A stretch of 64,000 bases of DNA. Source: Epithemia pelagica. Lineage: Eukaryota; Protista; Bacillariophyta. The notes under the pieces are model-generated. The model saw only the letters and a program-made list of their open reading frames with translations, was not told the DNA's origin and ran no database searches. Shown one piece after another: positions 32,601 through 46,412 of the stretch (positions are counted from its first letter, which is position 1; the number at the start of each line of letters is the position of its first letter). Location of the stretch: positions 2,046,001-2,110,000 of the forward strand of contig OX337229.1 of assembly GCA_946965045.2 (NCBI GenBank), in the 5' to 3' direction. Position numbers and translations under genes: made by a program.

Positions 32601-35600
32601 CCTTGGAAGACCGACTCTTTCGGTTGCTGACAACCGATTTGGTATCCACCCATTTCACATTTCCTTAGGACCTGTCGACCCCTCTAATGTGGATTTCAAC
32701 TTTAACACTCCGACAGTGTCCTCGAACCTTGCCCGAATTCTGAGAGGCATGCAAATGTCTAAACCTATCCTACTTGAAGGTTCTCCGGGTGAGTGACATT
32801 CTTATATCGCCGTGGCGACCGAAATCTCTAACCTTTAACTTGCCTGTCATAGGAGTTGGGAAAACAACTTTAATTGAAGCTCTTGCAAAAACTAGTGGAC
32901 ACCCTCTCGTACGCATAAATCTTTCTGAACAAACGGATATGACTGATCTTCTTGGGAGCGATATGCCTGTTTCTACCGATGATAATACGCAGGGAGGATC
33001 AATGTTCAAATGGATTGATGGTGCGCTGCTTGCTGCTGTGAAGGCGGGACACTGGGTTCTCTTGGACGAGTTAAACTTGGCTTCTCAGAGTGTCCTTGAA
33101 GGACTTAACTCCATTCTTGACCATCGGGCGAGTGTGTTCATACCAGAGATTGGAAAAACGATATTCTGTCCACCATCATTTCGAGTTTTCGCTGCTCAGA
33201 ACCCGCTTGGTCAAGGAGGTGGTCGCAAGGGCCTTCCGAAGTCGTTTCTCAACAGATTCGTGAAAGTCTACGTTGATGCTTTGAAAAGTGAAGACCAGCA
33301 TTACATCATCGCAAATAAGTTTCGAGCGATACAAAATGACTTTGTGCAGAAAATGGTTGCATGCAACAACAGAATACACCAAGATGTGGTCGAGAATATG
33401 GCTTACGGAAGCACTGGGAGTCCATGGGGATTCAATCTGCGTGATCTCATTCGTTGGTGCCAGCTTATCTCAATGGATCACAAAAATATTCACGATCATT
33501 ACGACGAGAAACATGTGAGAGATATTTATATTCATCGTCTTCGGACACAAGCTGACCGTGAGAAGATGCGCTTATCGTTTCAGGACACGTTCGGAGAAGA
33601 TAACTTCAACCACCACTATGGTGTCCACATCTCCAGATCTACTGTCACCGTTGGCGACGTGACCCTTCCTAGGATCGAGCCAAATCGAGGTCGCACGAAT
33701 GCGGAAGCCTTGAAGGAGTTACGTTCTATTCTTGATTCAACGAAATCCGTCGAGACGGTAGCTCGTTGTGTTGAACGAAACTGGCCATGTCTTCTGGTTG
33801 GGTCCGCAAGCTCCATGAAGGAAGAAGCAATTTCCACGTTGGCACGGCTTATGAACGCTACGATTGTCGACATTGATCTAAGTCCTTCTTCTGATGTTTC
33901 CGAACTTCTTGGGTCCTTCGAACAAATTGATGAAGGATATGCAACTCTTGAACAACTAGAAGCTCTTGTTGGTTTTGGATCCTATCGTCTCGTCGAAAAC
34001 CCAACAAAGCTTCAGCCATCAGATCAGAAGAGGTCAGAACTAATGTTGAATGTTGTGCAAAGGCTATTCAAACCCCAGAACTATGGATGTGACGATAGCG
34101 CATCGGTTGTTGATCTCTGTTCTTGGCTTATGGAACTATCAGGTTTCTTCGAAGACAAAGATCTTACGGAAATGAAGAAGCTTTTCGAAAGCATGCAAAC
34201 GAAAAATGTACAACGACCCAAAGCACGCTTCGAATGGAAAGATGGACCGCTTGTTCATGCGATGACAGAAGGAAAATGGGTTCACTTGAGGCATGCCAAT
34301 TTGTGCCCGTCTTCTGTGCTCGATCGTCTGAATTCCGTTTTGGAACCAAATGGTCATCTCCTCCTCCTTGAATGTAGTTCCGGGTCGGCTGATGGAGCCG
34401 ATCGGCGGATTGTAGAGCCCCACCCAAATTTCCGTGTTTTCTTAACTATGGACGACGAGGCTGGTGAAGTTTCAAGAGCAATGAGAAACAGATGTGTCGA
34501 GGTGTGCTTTGACGGAGAGTCGTCGTCCCAGTTGAGGCTTGTTGATCGGACTGACTCTGTCGCTATTGATGGTGTCCGATGCCTCGAAACGGTTGAATTT
34601 ACCGGAGAAAATGCCCCATTCTACTCGCGGTTCTTTGGACGTCTCATTTGCTCAGATCGTTACCGTGCAATTCAATCACCGCGCCATACTAAACCCGTTC
34701 GAAGGCTAAACATTATGGTCCCGTCTATTCCGTCGACATCACGACGAACTCTTGATTGGCCATTCAGACCGTCGTGGGCTCAGACTTCATGGGCTTTCCG
34801 ACTGGTCCAACATTTTAACGGAACTGAAGCAGCAGATTTCAGGCTACTTGCCGAAATGGTGCCCTCTTCTATGCTCCTCTTGTTTGACAGAGTTATGAGA
34901 AAGGCATCAGCTATCCATTCGGTGCAAATCCACATGATCTCACTGATCTTGCTTGACCCTTTAGCATTTGACGGAAACGAGAGAAATTGTTTCCTTAATG
35001 GCTTAGACCATTCAATCCGGAGAAGCTCTCGCCATATCTATGGAAAGATCCTTTCAGACAAGTCCTATCACAACAGCTCCCCTGCCACAACTCACATTTT
35101 GCTTGAGCTGATAGACCAATCGCTGAGGGAAAGAATATGGGAATCATGCCCAAGCTCTCATTTTAGATTTAAGTCTGTACTTCTTACATCTCGTCTATTA
35201 CATGAAGGCAAGGTTGATCGAAATGCGGTGGAGTGTCCCGTGACGCCTCTCGTTTTACCGTTCTTTCAAAGGTTCAATGAATGGTGGAAATCAACAGAGT
35301 CCAGACAAAGCGGGAAATTGACTTCTGCATCAGACATCCTTTTCGCTGCCCAACGACGAGGTCAGTTGTGGAATTTGTTGGAGAGAACAGCTTACTGTAT
35401 GAAAGATGGCTTCATCGGTTTCGACTTGCCCGAATTTGTTGTACAGTGGGTCTGGTTGAGAAAGTCAATGAAGGTTATTGGCTTAGAAAGGTCCTCTCAG
35501 GAAACTTGCGAGCGTTTGAATGCTGTCATGACAAATATTGACCGTGTGGTTTTTGGTGGAGAATCATTTCACTGCGATCAACAAACCGTGAAATGGCCCG

Positions 35601-38600
35601 TTCGACCCGTTGTCCCCCGCACGCCAGACACGTGGAACACCTGGTTGTCGCTCAAAGATCTTGGGCAGGTCTTATCATCTCAAGATATCTTGAAGACGTG
35701 CATTGAAGATCCAGAGAACAATATTATTGACGTCACCATGTTGACCCACGACAGGCATCAAGCCATTTTGGGCGTGAGTAGTCTGAAGACTGAATTTCTT
35801 GGGGTGACGTCGATGTTCCTGTTGGCACTTTCATCTATGGGGAAAGATGGGAATTTGAAATATTTTCTACAGCGTGGGAAGGATATGGTGAAGCTGATAA
35901 ATACGGGCTTTCGTCGTATTCAGAGTGAATTTCTGATTCGGCTAGATGCCCTTCGTTATCGACTTGACGCTGAAATGACTTACAATCAACCGGATTTGGA
36001 GACACAACATGAAATCACAAAAAGGGCGGACTTCAGTTTTGAAGCAGACGATAGTTATGCAACATTCTTCAACTCATTATTGAGGCAGTATGGTCAAGTC
36101 CAGCTCTCACCCCTTATTGAGAGTTCTTTCAGAGAAGAAGAAATAGATATTGTGCGAATGTTGTGTAGAAGCAAAACTGCCGCCATAGCAGGAAGACCCG
36201 TGACAGCTGAGCATGTCAAACTCAAAATATCTTCATTGATCAAAACCGGATTAAGTTCATGCTGGATAAATCCAGCCGATATTGCAGCACACCAATCTCT
36301 TCTTTGGGCCTTGGAAGAGAAAGGATTCGAAACCATCCAGGGACATGATTTCTTTCGAGAACTTCTCGGTCAAATGATATTTTCTTGCTTGATGCGTGTT
36401 TGGAAGGGCCCGTCAACATGGCTTAAATTCACTTCGTTCGATATGGAAATACCGCTAGAACTCATCGCCCAAATTGAATTTTCGAAAAAAAGAAAACATG
36501 CCACAGCTGAGAACCACTCTATTGTTGACATTACAACAAAAACAGTTCTTCTCTTCATTGGAGGTACCATCCTGTCAAATCCACCGAAGAACGCAGCACT
36601 GACTGTTCACTCGATTGAGAACTATCAAGCAAGGAACGGACAGGCAGTTAATTTGATAAAGCACTTGGCTTCAGTGAAGAAGCACACGCCTGATCAGCAC
36701 TGGGAAACTCTCTACCTACTGCAAGAAACAATCCATGCACTGAATGGTTCAATTGGCGATGATTCTGCTTCCATATCACAAATGGTGGACCTCCTAGTGG
36801 AAGAAGCATCTCGACGAAGCTCCGACGAAGTCTTCGATAAACTTGTTGATTCAGTGATGAGGCCCCTTGTGTCAACCCTAAAACGAATAATGTCCATGAA
36901 TCAAACGTCTCATCGACAGGACTGGTCACTCGTCGATGTTTACGTCGGTCAGCTTAGATTTCATTTGCGCCTTCCTCGATCCATTCTTGATCCGGGCCAA
37001 AAACCCATCGCAAAGGTCGATCTGCTGGAAAGGCAGATTTCATCGATTGAGAGCCAGATTGCTGCGAGCATATTATACCAGCATGCGACTGCAGGCTCAA
37101 CGCACCGATCTATTATACATGAACAGAGCATCAAGAATCTCCGTACGAAGATGACCAAACAGCGGGACAAAATAATCGTTCGATCAGAACCGAAACCTTC
37201 GTTTGCTGAGTTACACCATGAGTTGCATTCTTTCGGGAAGGCATTTCTGGACCAACAAAAGCTACAGGAGCTTGCCGAAATCCTCGTCCAAGGCAGCAAT
37301 AAACAGCTTGCCATTTCGCGAGTTAGGAATCTGCTTTTATCTTGGGAAGCTTTCTGTAAAAGGTGCACGCATCAATTTCAGCAGTTTGACGATATTGTTT
37401 CACCGCTGGTTGGGTCAGTTAGCCTAGTTGCACGAGGTTTTGATGATCTTGTCAACTCTGTTTCGGATTGCAAAAGCTTCGACCTCACAGGTCCAATGAA
37501 AGCTTGTTTCTCGTTTCCCCGACTGGATTGCTTGAATCATCGAGTCCTGTGGGCTGGTGTTCCAGTAGCGTCTAGTCGAACGGAATGGAGCTGCATCTTT
37601 CCATTGGCCATCTCCGAACTATTCCGTGTGCTTGTCGTGAGCAAAACAGAGGGATTACGAGAGTTCACAGGTCGTTCTTGGTCGCAGATTGTGAAAGCAA
37701 TTCTATCGTCCGTAGAATTGCGACGTCTTGGAGTGACAACAAATAAAATACCTGCAAGAACCGACCATGATGTAGCGGAGGAGAAGTTCAGAGAAGTATT
37801 CCCGGATCATCGGAGAGCATTCTCTGCTGCATCTGTCGACAACCCCAAAGATACTTTGGAGACCCCCGAGATAATTGACGAGCAGAGTTTCTCTCCGTCA
37901 TTGTCGCCAGAAGACTCTGGTTTATTAGCGTGGCTTCATTCAAAGATCTTTTCTCCATGTGAATTGTCTTGCCAAGACAGACTAAAATGGTTCCATTTTT
38001 CTTACCGCGCAGCTTCCGAAATATGTCATACGGGGTATTTCGATCAAAAGCTGGTGAACCCTGCCGAATTTGTACCAGCCCATATAATGGCCATTTCATT
38101 GAACACTCCAAGGTGCTATTTCAAATCCACTGGGCTTACCGTTGAAAATATCCCTGGGGAGTACGAAGAAGATTTTCAGTCCTACCCAAATTCTGATGAA
38201 GCAATCAAACTATCGCTTCCCTTGGAAGGCCTTATGGGTCAGGTCGGAAAGTTGTTAGCTTTGTTTCCAGGTAACGATGTACTTGTTTCGTTGCTCAAGG
38301 TAACCGATCGCGTTCGCAAATTGGATGCACTTCGTACCTCTGTGGCTGCTCTTTTGGTGGGTTTGGAAGAAATATTGAAACATGCCCAGGATTGGGAACA
38401 ACACGCAAGTGTTCGTGTGCAAATTGGTAAGCCACTGGGGGAAGTCCGTCGCCTGGTAGCAGATTTGCGGAAACTTGAACTGGCTAGTTGGCCGATGCTT
38501 CTGCTCTCACGCGAGAAGCATCACGAAAGAGAATCTCGCAAACACTGGATTCGATTGCATATCATTTTTGAGGAATTTTTGTCCAGTAAAAAAGAAGGCA

Positions 38601-41600
38601 TGGTAGGACAAACACCACCAATTGAAAACTCAGTTACCACCTTGTGGACACCAAAATGGGCACTGAAGGGTTTAGTCGGATCATCAGAGGAACTTCATTT
38701 GACAATGCCAGCTTCTGGTCTCTTTGCCGAACTCGTAAAAACGCTAGATACATTCATTCTCACCTCCTCAAGAGCAGAAATCAAACAAAGGCTTTTGATG
38801 TTGCGCGCATTTGCGATCCAGTTCAAGACGGAAGCTCGATTTCATCAGAACAGGGTGTTGCAAGTGCTTTCGAGAACGGTTTTGTCACTATGTGAGTATT
38901 ACCAACAGTTCTCTAGTTACCTGAGCCACTGTCACGCAGAGATGCGCCGTCCATATGAGGAGAAGCTGAAGAATGAGACAAAGATGGCGAAATGGGATTT
39001 ACAGTCCTACTATGCCCTTGTAGACACATCGGAACGGAACCACAGAAAGTTGATGGGGATTTTGAATGACTACGACGAAACGCTACTTACAAGTGCGAGT
39101 TTGTTGCTCGAGAAAGAGCGAAACCGTGGAATAGCGAATGAGGAAGGATCGGGAGATTCCCAAAGCCCCACTTTACCACCCACTACTGTCATTTTCCCGT
39201 TCAGTTCTAGTGGTGAACAAATGGATGGCATCGAGGAGAAGGTGGGTGAAAAAGCTAGTCCGAAACAGTGGAGAGCGGCGAAACCTGGTCCTCCTGTCTC
39301 TATAAGTCGGATATCGAAAATGCCACTCTATGCTGAGAGGATGAAAGAATTTGCGAATACGATCAAGTCTGATACTTGGGCTTTGAAGGGAGCCGAAGCT
39401 GCAGATGACCTTTCTGGTGGTATTTTTGAACGAATTGAAGCACTTCGGAGTAAAAATGCCGCACGAAGTATGAAGGAAAGAGCACTAGTGGATCTTTTTA
39501 GGGAACTGAAAAGGAACGGTTACTCTTTTATGAAGTGGTCTGTGCCTGAAGAGTTTAGGAAGTTTGCAGAGATTCTTCATCTTCCGTCTCCCTTGAATGT
39601 TTTGAAAAAAGAGTCAGTTAGATTTGAACTTATCAAGAGCTCCGAAGATTACTTTCTACGATCTCTCCTTGAGATGAATGGTCTACGCCCAGAGTCAAAC
39701 ATGAATAAATGTCGAGATTTGACAAAGCGCCAAACTGAGATGATGCTCGGATATAGTGAACACTGCGTCTACATTACTGTACAGCAGAGGTCTTTGGTTT
39801 CTTCACTCCTCCATAACTTGGCAGACTTGTCCAGTACAGTCAAGTCTCTAGAATTCCCAGGCTCAAGCCTGGCTGCTGGATCAGTTTCACTGGAGAAGAC
39901 ACTTTCGCGGTTTGAAAGTTTGGTTGGATGCGCCTTAGAGGGTGTACAGCAGTTGCTACTTATGGTGAAAGCGAGCCTTCACATGATGGACGAGAGCACA
40001 GGAAGACTTTGGGCATCAACTTTGATCGAACAACTCTCTGCGTGGTCAGACAACTTTGGTTCTGATAGTCTTCCCATCTGTGATCGAAGCCTGGTCACAA
40101 CCAGGCACTTTCGCGACATTCGAAGATGCAGAACAAAACTATGCACTGCCCGAGATATTCTACAGAAAGGAAGAACGGCTTCCAGGGGACTTCTTCCAGA
40201 TTTGTGCTTTTCCGTGTGTATCGAGAAACTTGAAAGCGCCATTTCATGCGCGGATGCGTGTGCACAACGAACTTCAAATGGCCAACAGGTCGACGAAGAC
40301 AAGCAAAAGGAGGTGGCTAGCAGATTCGAACAATTGTGTACGGACACAATTGAAAGTGCCCTTCTTCGGACACAAGAATGTTTGGCGGAGGAAGATGAGA
40401 CTGATTTTATATGGAGTTGCCACAAGAAGGCTTCTCTCCAGTTGCTGGGTATTCATGTCACAAAGCTTACCTCGTCTTGCCAAGCAATGGTACGCGAACT
40501 TCAGGAACTCAACGTCTGTGGCGATGTCAATGAGGAGACTCTAGTCTTCATAAGTTCTTTGTCAGCAGATGTCTCTCGTATCTGTCACGAATCTATTAAG
40601 GTGATACAACGTCGACTCGACCATTATATCACGTTCTTTCGCAGCTGTACAAAGCTGAGTTACATTATCATCCGTGTTTTCAGAACGTTAATTGCGAGGG
40701 GCTTCTGTTCGGAGCAGGTGGAAGAGAGCTCTGCCGGAGACGGTGCAGGAGGACTGACGTTCGGCGAAGATACAAATGGAACAGGCATGGGAGAAGGAGA
40801 AGGCCGAATTGATGTCACAGATGAGATTGAGAATGAAGAGCAGCTTCTGGGTACAAAACATGACCATGCTATGGATGAGACCGCACAGAAGCCCCCACAA
40901 GAGCTAGACAAAGATGAAGCCGAAAAAGGCATGGAAATGGAAAACGACTTTGACGGAGAAATGCACGATGTTCCTGATCCACATGACGACGAAGGTAAAG
41001 AGGACGAGGAAGACGAGAAAGAAGAGCTTGATCGGGAAATGGGAGATGAACCAGGTCTCAATGATCAGGTCGTGGACGAGAAGTTATGGGATGGTGACGA
41101 CGACGAAGAAAATGCGGCCGATGAAAAGGAAAAGGTCGAGGAAGGAAGTGCTGTTAAGGGGCAAAAAAGCGACGAAATAGTTTCGAAGGAAACTAATGGC
41201 AATGACGAAGAGGAACAGGGTAATGCGGACGAGTCTCCTGTGCAGGACGAGAACATGCCAGAGAACCCTCAAGATGACTCAAACCAAAATTTAGTCAATG
41301 ATGATGACGCTGATGGAAAGGAAGATTCCCACGGAGTTGACGTAAGAAATGAACGTGACGTAGACAATAACGACGATGACATTGAATTCGACGACAATCT
41401 AGACTTTGAGGAGGACAAACAAGAGGACATCGATGATGAAAATGCTGTCCCCGACGAAGAAATGGAGAATCTGGCAAGTACATCGGAAAAACTGGACGAC
41501 ATGAATGAAAGCAAAGAAGAGACCATGCCAGAAGATACGAAGGAAGAAGACGAGGAAGGTGAGGACTGTCCAGAGCGAGAATCGGCTGTCCAGCTTGGAG

Positions 41601-43333
41601 GTGCGGACGAGAATGAAAGGACTGAGGAACAAGACTCTGACGGAGAGGAACAGCGTCGGAGCGTTCCACAAGACGACTTGTTCAAATCCGGGCTAGGCGT
41701 ACAGAATGTGGACGGAAATGACCTTGTTGAAGACGATGTCGATGATGATGACATGGAAGGAGGCAGGTCGAACGAAAACAAACACGAAATGACAGACGAA
41801 CAGGAGCAGGAACACCCCGGGCAAGGTGGATCTGGGGCGGCCACTGCTCAGGGATCAACCCTTTCTAACGGTGCTCAATCAGAGTCCCAAACCCAAGTGC
41901 CCGAAATATTACCGAATGCCCTGCAAAACTTGGGCGATGCAAAGAAGTTTTGGCATCAACGACTCAACATTGTGAAGAACGACGAACGTGGTGACGTTGC
42001 CGATCATAACGACCAAAATGATCCTGACCAGGATGATGAGGGCCGTGGTGACTACGAACATGCAAAGGAAAACGAGAAATGGTCGACCCAAACCCTAGGG
42101 GCAACCGAAGAAGATGTCAAAGCGGACGAGTTGGAACTGAATCAAAGCGAAACTGAAAGAAACACTGAGAGAAGATCTAAGAACTCGAATGAGAGGGGTA
42201 AATCGGAGGCCGGACGAGAAGGTCAAAAATCTCAACGCTCGGATACGTCTCCAGAAAACATAGAAACAGAGACCCTGGAATCAGAAACAGAAGTGCACCA
42301 TGAAAGCCCAACAAAAGAGGACGAGAAAGATGATGACGAGGTCTCAGAGAAGATTTTGAGCAAAACTGTGGCTGACTTGTCCAAGCTGAATGTTGTGGAT
42401 GGATCGATCGATATGGATAACGAACATAGCTCTATTGTACAGGATGAAGATATGTTGCGTGTTTCGGACTTGCAGTATGATGAGGCCAAAGTAAGGTGGG
42501 GAACAATGCAGCGCGAAGTCTACCCTCTCGCTCGACGATTATGTGAAAAGCTCCGGTTGGTGATGGAACCACTCGTTGCGTCAAAGCTTCAGGGAGACTA
42601 CCGAACTGGGAAAAGGATAAACATGAAGCGTGTCATTGGCTACATTGCCAGTAGCTACAGAAAGGACAAAATTTGGTTGCGTCGAACCAAGCCTGCAAGG
42701 CGAAACTATAGAGTGTTGGTGGCAGTTGATGACTCAGAGAGTATGACAAAGAGTGGAACTGGTGAAATGGCGTTAAGAGCAATGGCTACGTTGGCCATGG
42801 GGATGAGCCAGCTGGAAATCGGGGAAATCGGAATTGCAAGTTTTGGGGATGAGATGCAGCTCGTACACCCTTTTAACCAGCCGTTCACATCCGAGAGCGG
42901 CATAAAGGTGACGAGCTGTTTCCAATTTAAGCAGCAGAGAACAAGAACTGCTGTTTGTGTTGAGAGTGCAATGATGGCTCTCATCGACGAACCTTACCAA
43001 GACATCGCATCAATGCAAATTGTATTCTTAATCAGCGATGGGCGAATCGAACGCGATAGTAGGGCCACGTTGCGTCGTTTGATTCGGGAGATGTTAGAGA
43101 GTAACATACTGATGGCCATGATAATTGTGGAGGGAAGCGAAAAAGCTAAGGATAGCATCGTGAACATGAAGGAAATAACATTTGTTGAGGGCAAACCAAA
43201 AGTGAAAGCATTTATCGAAGACTTTCCTTTTCCCTATTACATTGTGTTGGATGATATGAGCAATCTACCAGCTGTCCTGGGTGACGCTCTTCGACAATGG
43301 TTCGAAATGCTGACGAGGCTGCAAAATCACTAA
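26664..43333 (+). CDS. MDN1: Midasin (Rea1) AAA-ATPase, 3 exons: 26664-31371, 31436-32788, 32853-43333; 5513 aa
   Basis: Six AAA modules (GKPGAGKS, GETGGGKT, GPTSAGKT, GDTGCGKT and GSPGVGKT each restored by a 64-bp GT-AG intron, degenerate GSASSMKE), linker, D/E-rich tail, MIDAS VAVDDSESM...LISDG. Confidence 0.97.
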
Positions 43334-43729
43334 GATTGCTAGTCACTCAGAATTCAATGAGAGTTGTTTCGAAGCTAATATTTTTGTCACAACAACGATA
43401 TCTCAGAGGTATCTATTTCAAACAGCAATAATACAATCAGTTGAACATCTGGCGTCTTCTTCCCCGAAACTTATTAGCAACCAAGCTGACTCCTACCATT
43501 CGACATCGGTAGATCTGATGATAAATAAACATGTCCATGCAGATTTATGGAAATTGGGGATCCTTCTGCCGCCTTTCTCTCTCTATGTGGTAGTTAACTT
43601 GACTCTTGTGTTTCTTTTGCGATGTAGCGACCCGTTCATTGTGCACAATCTTCAATCCCCTTTTCTTTAAAAATTAGCAGATCTTCATTCAACGACACCC
43701 ACTCACCCCAATCTCATCATCTAGTTTTT

Positions 43730-46270
43730 TCAGCAACTACGTTCATCTTCGTCAGATCGAAGTTTCCTGGAGGACTGAGAGTGTCGTTCTTCCATTTTTT
43801 TCTGCCCGCGTTCTCTCATCCAGTACCGAATGTGCTCTATCGTTGTTTGAGCTGCAACTGTGTCGCGATGTTCTTCACCGCGAGTCCGTCTGTAGATCGT
43901 TAGAGCATGACGGTATTGTCTTTCTGCATCGGCGAGCTCACCCATCTTGTAGTGGACATTTCCTAAGCTCTTATAGGCACTTGCGACTTCGGGGTGACCG
44001 GTTCCATGAATAGTGCACTTTATGGACAGAACATCTCGGAAAATTTCATAGGCCTCCTGATATTCACCTTTCTTTGTCAAAATCGTTCCGATGCTCTTCA
44101 GTATAGGTGCCACGTCGGGATGATGCAATCCATATGCATCTCGGTTCAGTCGAAGGGCTTCTCGATAGAACATCATGGCAGAGTCCAAGTTTCTTCTCTT
44201 GTAGTGGATGCTACCAACCATAACCAGCGTCCCAGCAGCAGTAGGATTACCGGGCCCTAGTGTTGTATGGTAAATACGAATTGCTTCTTGATAGCATTTC
44301 ATCGCCTCATCATATTCCGATTTCTTGTGGAAAATTCCTCCAATGTAGTGGAGAATGGACGCCACTTCCTGATGGGTCGATGTCCCTCTGTTCTCAACTG
44401 TCAATTCGTATGCTTCGCGATAGTGGTCCATGGCTTGATCAAGATCTCCCTTTTTTACAAATATACTTCCCATTCTCGCGAGTACAGATGCTGTGATCTC
44501 TCGTCCGATTGAAGAAGATTCCACGCAGGGTGATCTTAGAAGTGTCATTGCTTCAGTAAAGAATCCCATTGCTCCGTCCAAGTCGCCCATTTTTGCTCGG
44601 ACCATCCCCATAACTTTGAGAGTTGCTGTGACATCTCTTATCGCGACAGCTTTGCCTTCCGCCGAAGTCACCTTCTCTTGAATTGATTTGTAGATTTCGA
44701 GTGCTTCGATGTATTGCTGCAGAGCTTCATCCAATTCCCCCAGTCGATTCTTTACGTTCCCCATGCATGAAATAGCACTGGCGACATCACGGTTCATGGA
44801 GTCACCTCCTCTTACAACCAAATATATTCTTTTGGCCTTTTCAAACTGTTCCACCGCTTTGACGTATTCGCCCTTTTCGGCCAGAACCATACCAATGTTC
44901 TTTCTTGCCCCAGCAACAAATGCATGGTTCTCACCAAACGTGTTTGTGTATATTGTCTTGGCTTCTTCGTACATTTTCAATTCTTCAAAACGACTTCCAA
45001 GCTTGTAGTAGAGGCTTCCCATTCTTATCAACGTGGAGGCAATGCTTGCACTGACTTCTGGAAGAACTTTTCCAGTTTCTTGTGATGCCATTTCTTGCTG
45101 AGCGGAAAGAACATGCTGGTGAATCTCCACTGCCAATTCCAGACTGGCAACGCGATTGCCCCTACCACCTCCTGTTTCTTTGGCGCCACTCAGCAAAAGG
45201 TCAACTCGTAGCGCCAATGAATTCAAACGCTCTTTGTGATCTTCAAGACTGGGCCCTCTATGATTATGGAGGACGGATCTGTACAGCTCCAGAGCCTCTG
45301 ATAGCTCATTTCCAGATGTCGGGAATCCAAGCGTTGTCGACCTTCGAAAGGGTTCACCCTCCATACTACTGCTGCTATTGTTGAAACCACGGTGCTCGCC
45401 ATGATCGCCTTTTCTTCGTTTGCTTCTGGGACTGGTGCTGTTTTCGGCGGTTGTCCCCAGTGGTGTGGACTTTCTCCCGTTGGACCACATTTCTGTGGAA
45501 TCAGGCTGACTCCGAAAAGAAATACTTCTAAACATATCATCCAAGGCTTTCATATCTTCGTTGATTTCGGACATGAGTGTGGATGTATCTTCCGTCTCAG
45601 CCCCATTGCCAATGCTGGAAAGCATTGTGGACGAATCTTCCCCTTGTTGCTGTTGCTGTTCCAACCTGGCGTTGTTGCTCCCTGTTTTGGTTGCTCGAAG
45701 GTTTGTGACTTCTGTGTAGTATCTCATGGCCTCATCCTGTTCGCCTCGTAACGAATGTACATTTCCCATGTTCCGAAGAGTATGAATAATATCATCAATT
45801 GCCTTATCCCTTTGCTCGGCAAACTCCTCGTGTACATGCTCTGTAGTTTCACCCATGGTTGCCGGCAAGCTACTCCAGGACGGAAAGAGGATTGACAAAA
45901 TACTTCTCTTTTCGTGTAGCGCTTCGGTAAAGGCGTCCATGGCATCATCGTACTCTTTTTGACGAACGTGATGTTCCCCAAGTCTATCTAGAGAAGAAGC
46001 CAAGGATAGTCGAGCATCCATAACTTCACTCCGATTGGCATCCACTCCTGTTCTAAGTACCTGATAATCTCCACTCATCATGGAGGAAGACACACTGGAG
46101 GATGCCGCTGTGGTGTTGTCCGAAAGCGACTTTCCTTTGGTGAACGATGGCGATAACGAAGCCTGGGCCGGGTCATTCACTCCTGCATCGTCGGAACTAC
46201 CAAAGGTGCCGATACTACCGCCTGTCTTTCTTATGCGATACGTGGAGGAAGAAACTCTTGGTGAATACAT
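43730..46270 (-). CDS. TPR-repeat protein (kinesin-light-chain / nephrocystin-3-like repeats), 846 aa
   Basis: Many 42-aa repeats of the type VA..L..IG.....KG.Y.EA...Y.EAL.I......G..HP. Confidence 0.9.
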   Translation of the reverse strand: MYSPRVSSSTYRIRKTGGSIGTFGSSDDAGVNDPAQASLSPSFTKGKSLSDNTTAASSSVSSSMMSGDYQVLRTGVDANRSEVMDARLSLASSLDRLGEHHVRQKEYDDAMDAFTEALHEKRSILSILFPSWSSLPATMGETTEHVHEEFAEQRDKAIDDIIHTLRNMGNVHSLRGEQDEAMRYYTEVTNLRATKTGSNNARLEQQQQQGEDSSTMLSSIGNGAETEDTSTLMSEINEDMKALDDMFRSISFRSQPDSTEMWSNGRKSTPLGTTAENSTSPRSKRRKGDHGEHRGFNNSSSSMEGEPFRRSTTLGFPTSGNELSEALELYRSVLHNHRGPSLEDHKERLNSLALRVDLLLSGAKETGGGRGNRVASLELAVEIHQHVLSAQQEMASQETGKVLPEVSASIASTLIRMGSLYYKLGSRFEELKMYEEAKTIYTNTFGENHAFVAGARKNIGMVLAEKGEYVKAVEQFEKAKRIYLVVRGGDSMNRDVASAISCMGNVKNRLGELDEALQQYIEALEIYKSIQEKVTSAEGKAVAIRDVTATLKVMGMVRAKMGDLDGAMGFFTEAMTLLRSPCVESSSIGREITASVLARMGSIFVKKGDLDQAMDHYREAYELTVENRGTSTHQEVASILHYIGGIFHKKSEYDEAMKCYQEAIRIYHTTLGPGNPTAAGTLVMVGSIHYKRRNLDSAMMFYREALRLNRDAYGLHHPDVAPILKSIGTILTKKGEYQEAYEIFRDVLSIKCTIHGTGHPEVASAYKSLGNVHYKMGELADAERQYRHALTIYRRTRGEEHRDTVAAQTTIEHIRYWMRERGQKKMEERHSQSSRKLRSDEDERSC

Positions 46271-46392
46271 GGTCGATGATGTTTGTTGGTTGGTTGGTTG
46301 GTTGTAGTAGTTGTCGCCGTCCCGCAGGAACCCTGAATGCCAAAGACAGGACGGAAATGGAGGAGATGGTGTACTTTTTGAATCGCAAATGC

Positions 46393-46412
46393 TGCGACAA
46401 TCGATTGTCGCA
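46393..46412. promoter_or_regulatory. Perfect 20-bp palindrome upstream of the TPR gene
   Basis: TGCGACAATCGATTGTCGCA, 123 bp upstream of the ATG at 46270. Function inferred only. Confidence 0.35.

Noticed and set aside
33800-33830. Degenerate Walker A in midasin AAA6
   Set aside because: Non-canonical AAA6 is not unusual for midasin; no evidence of damage.
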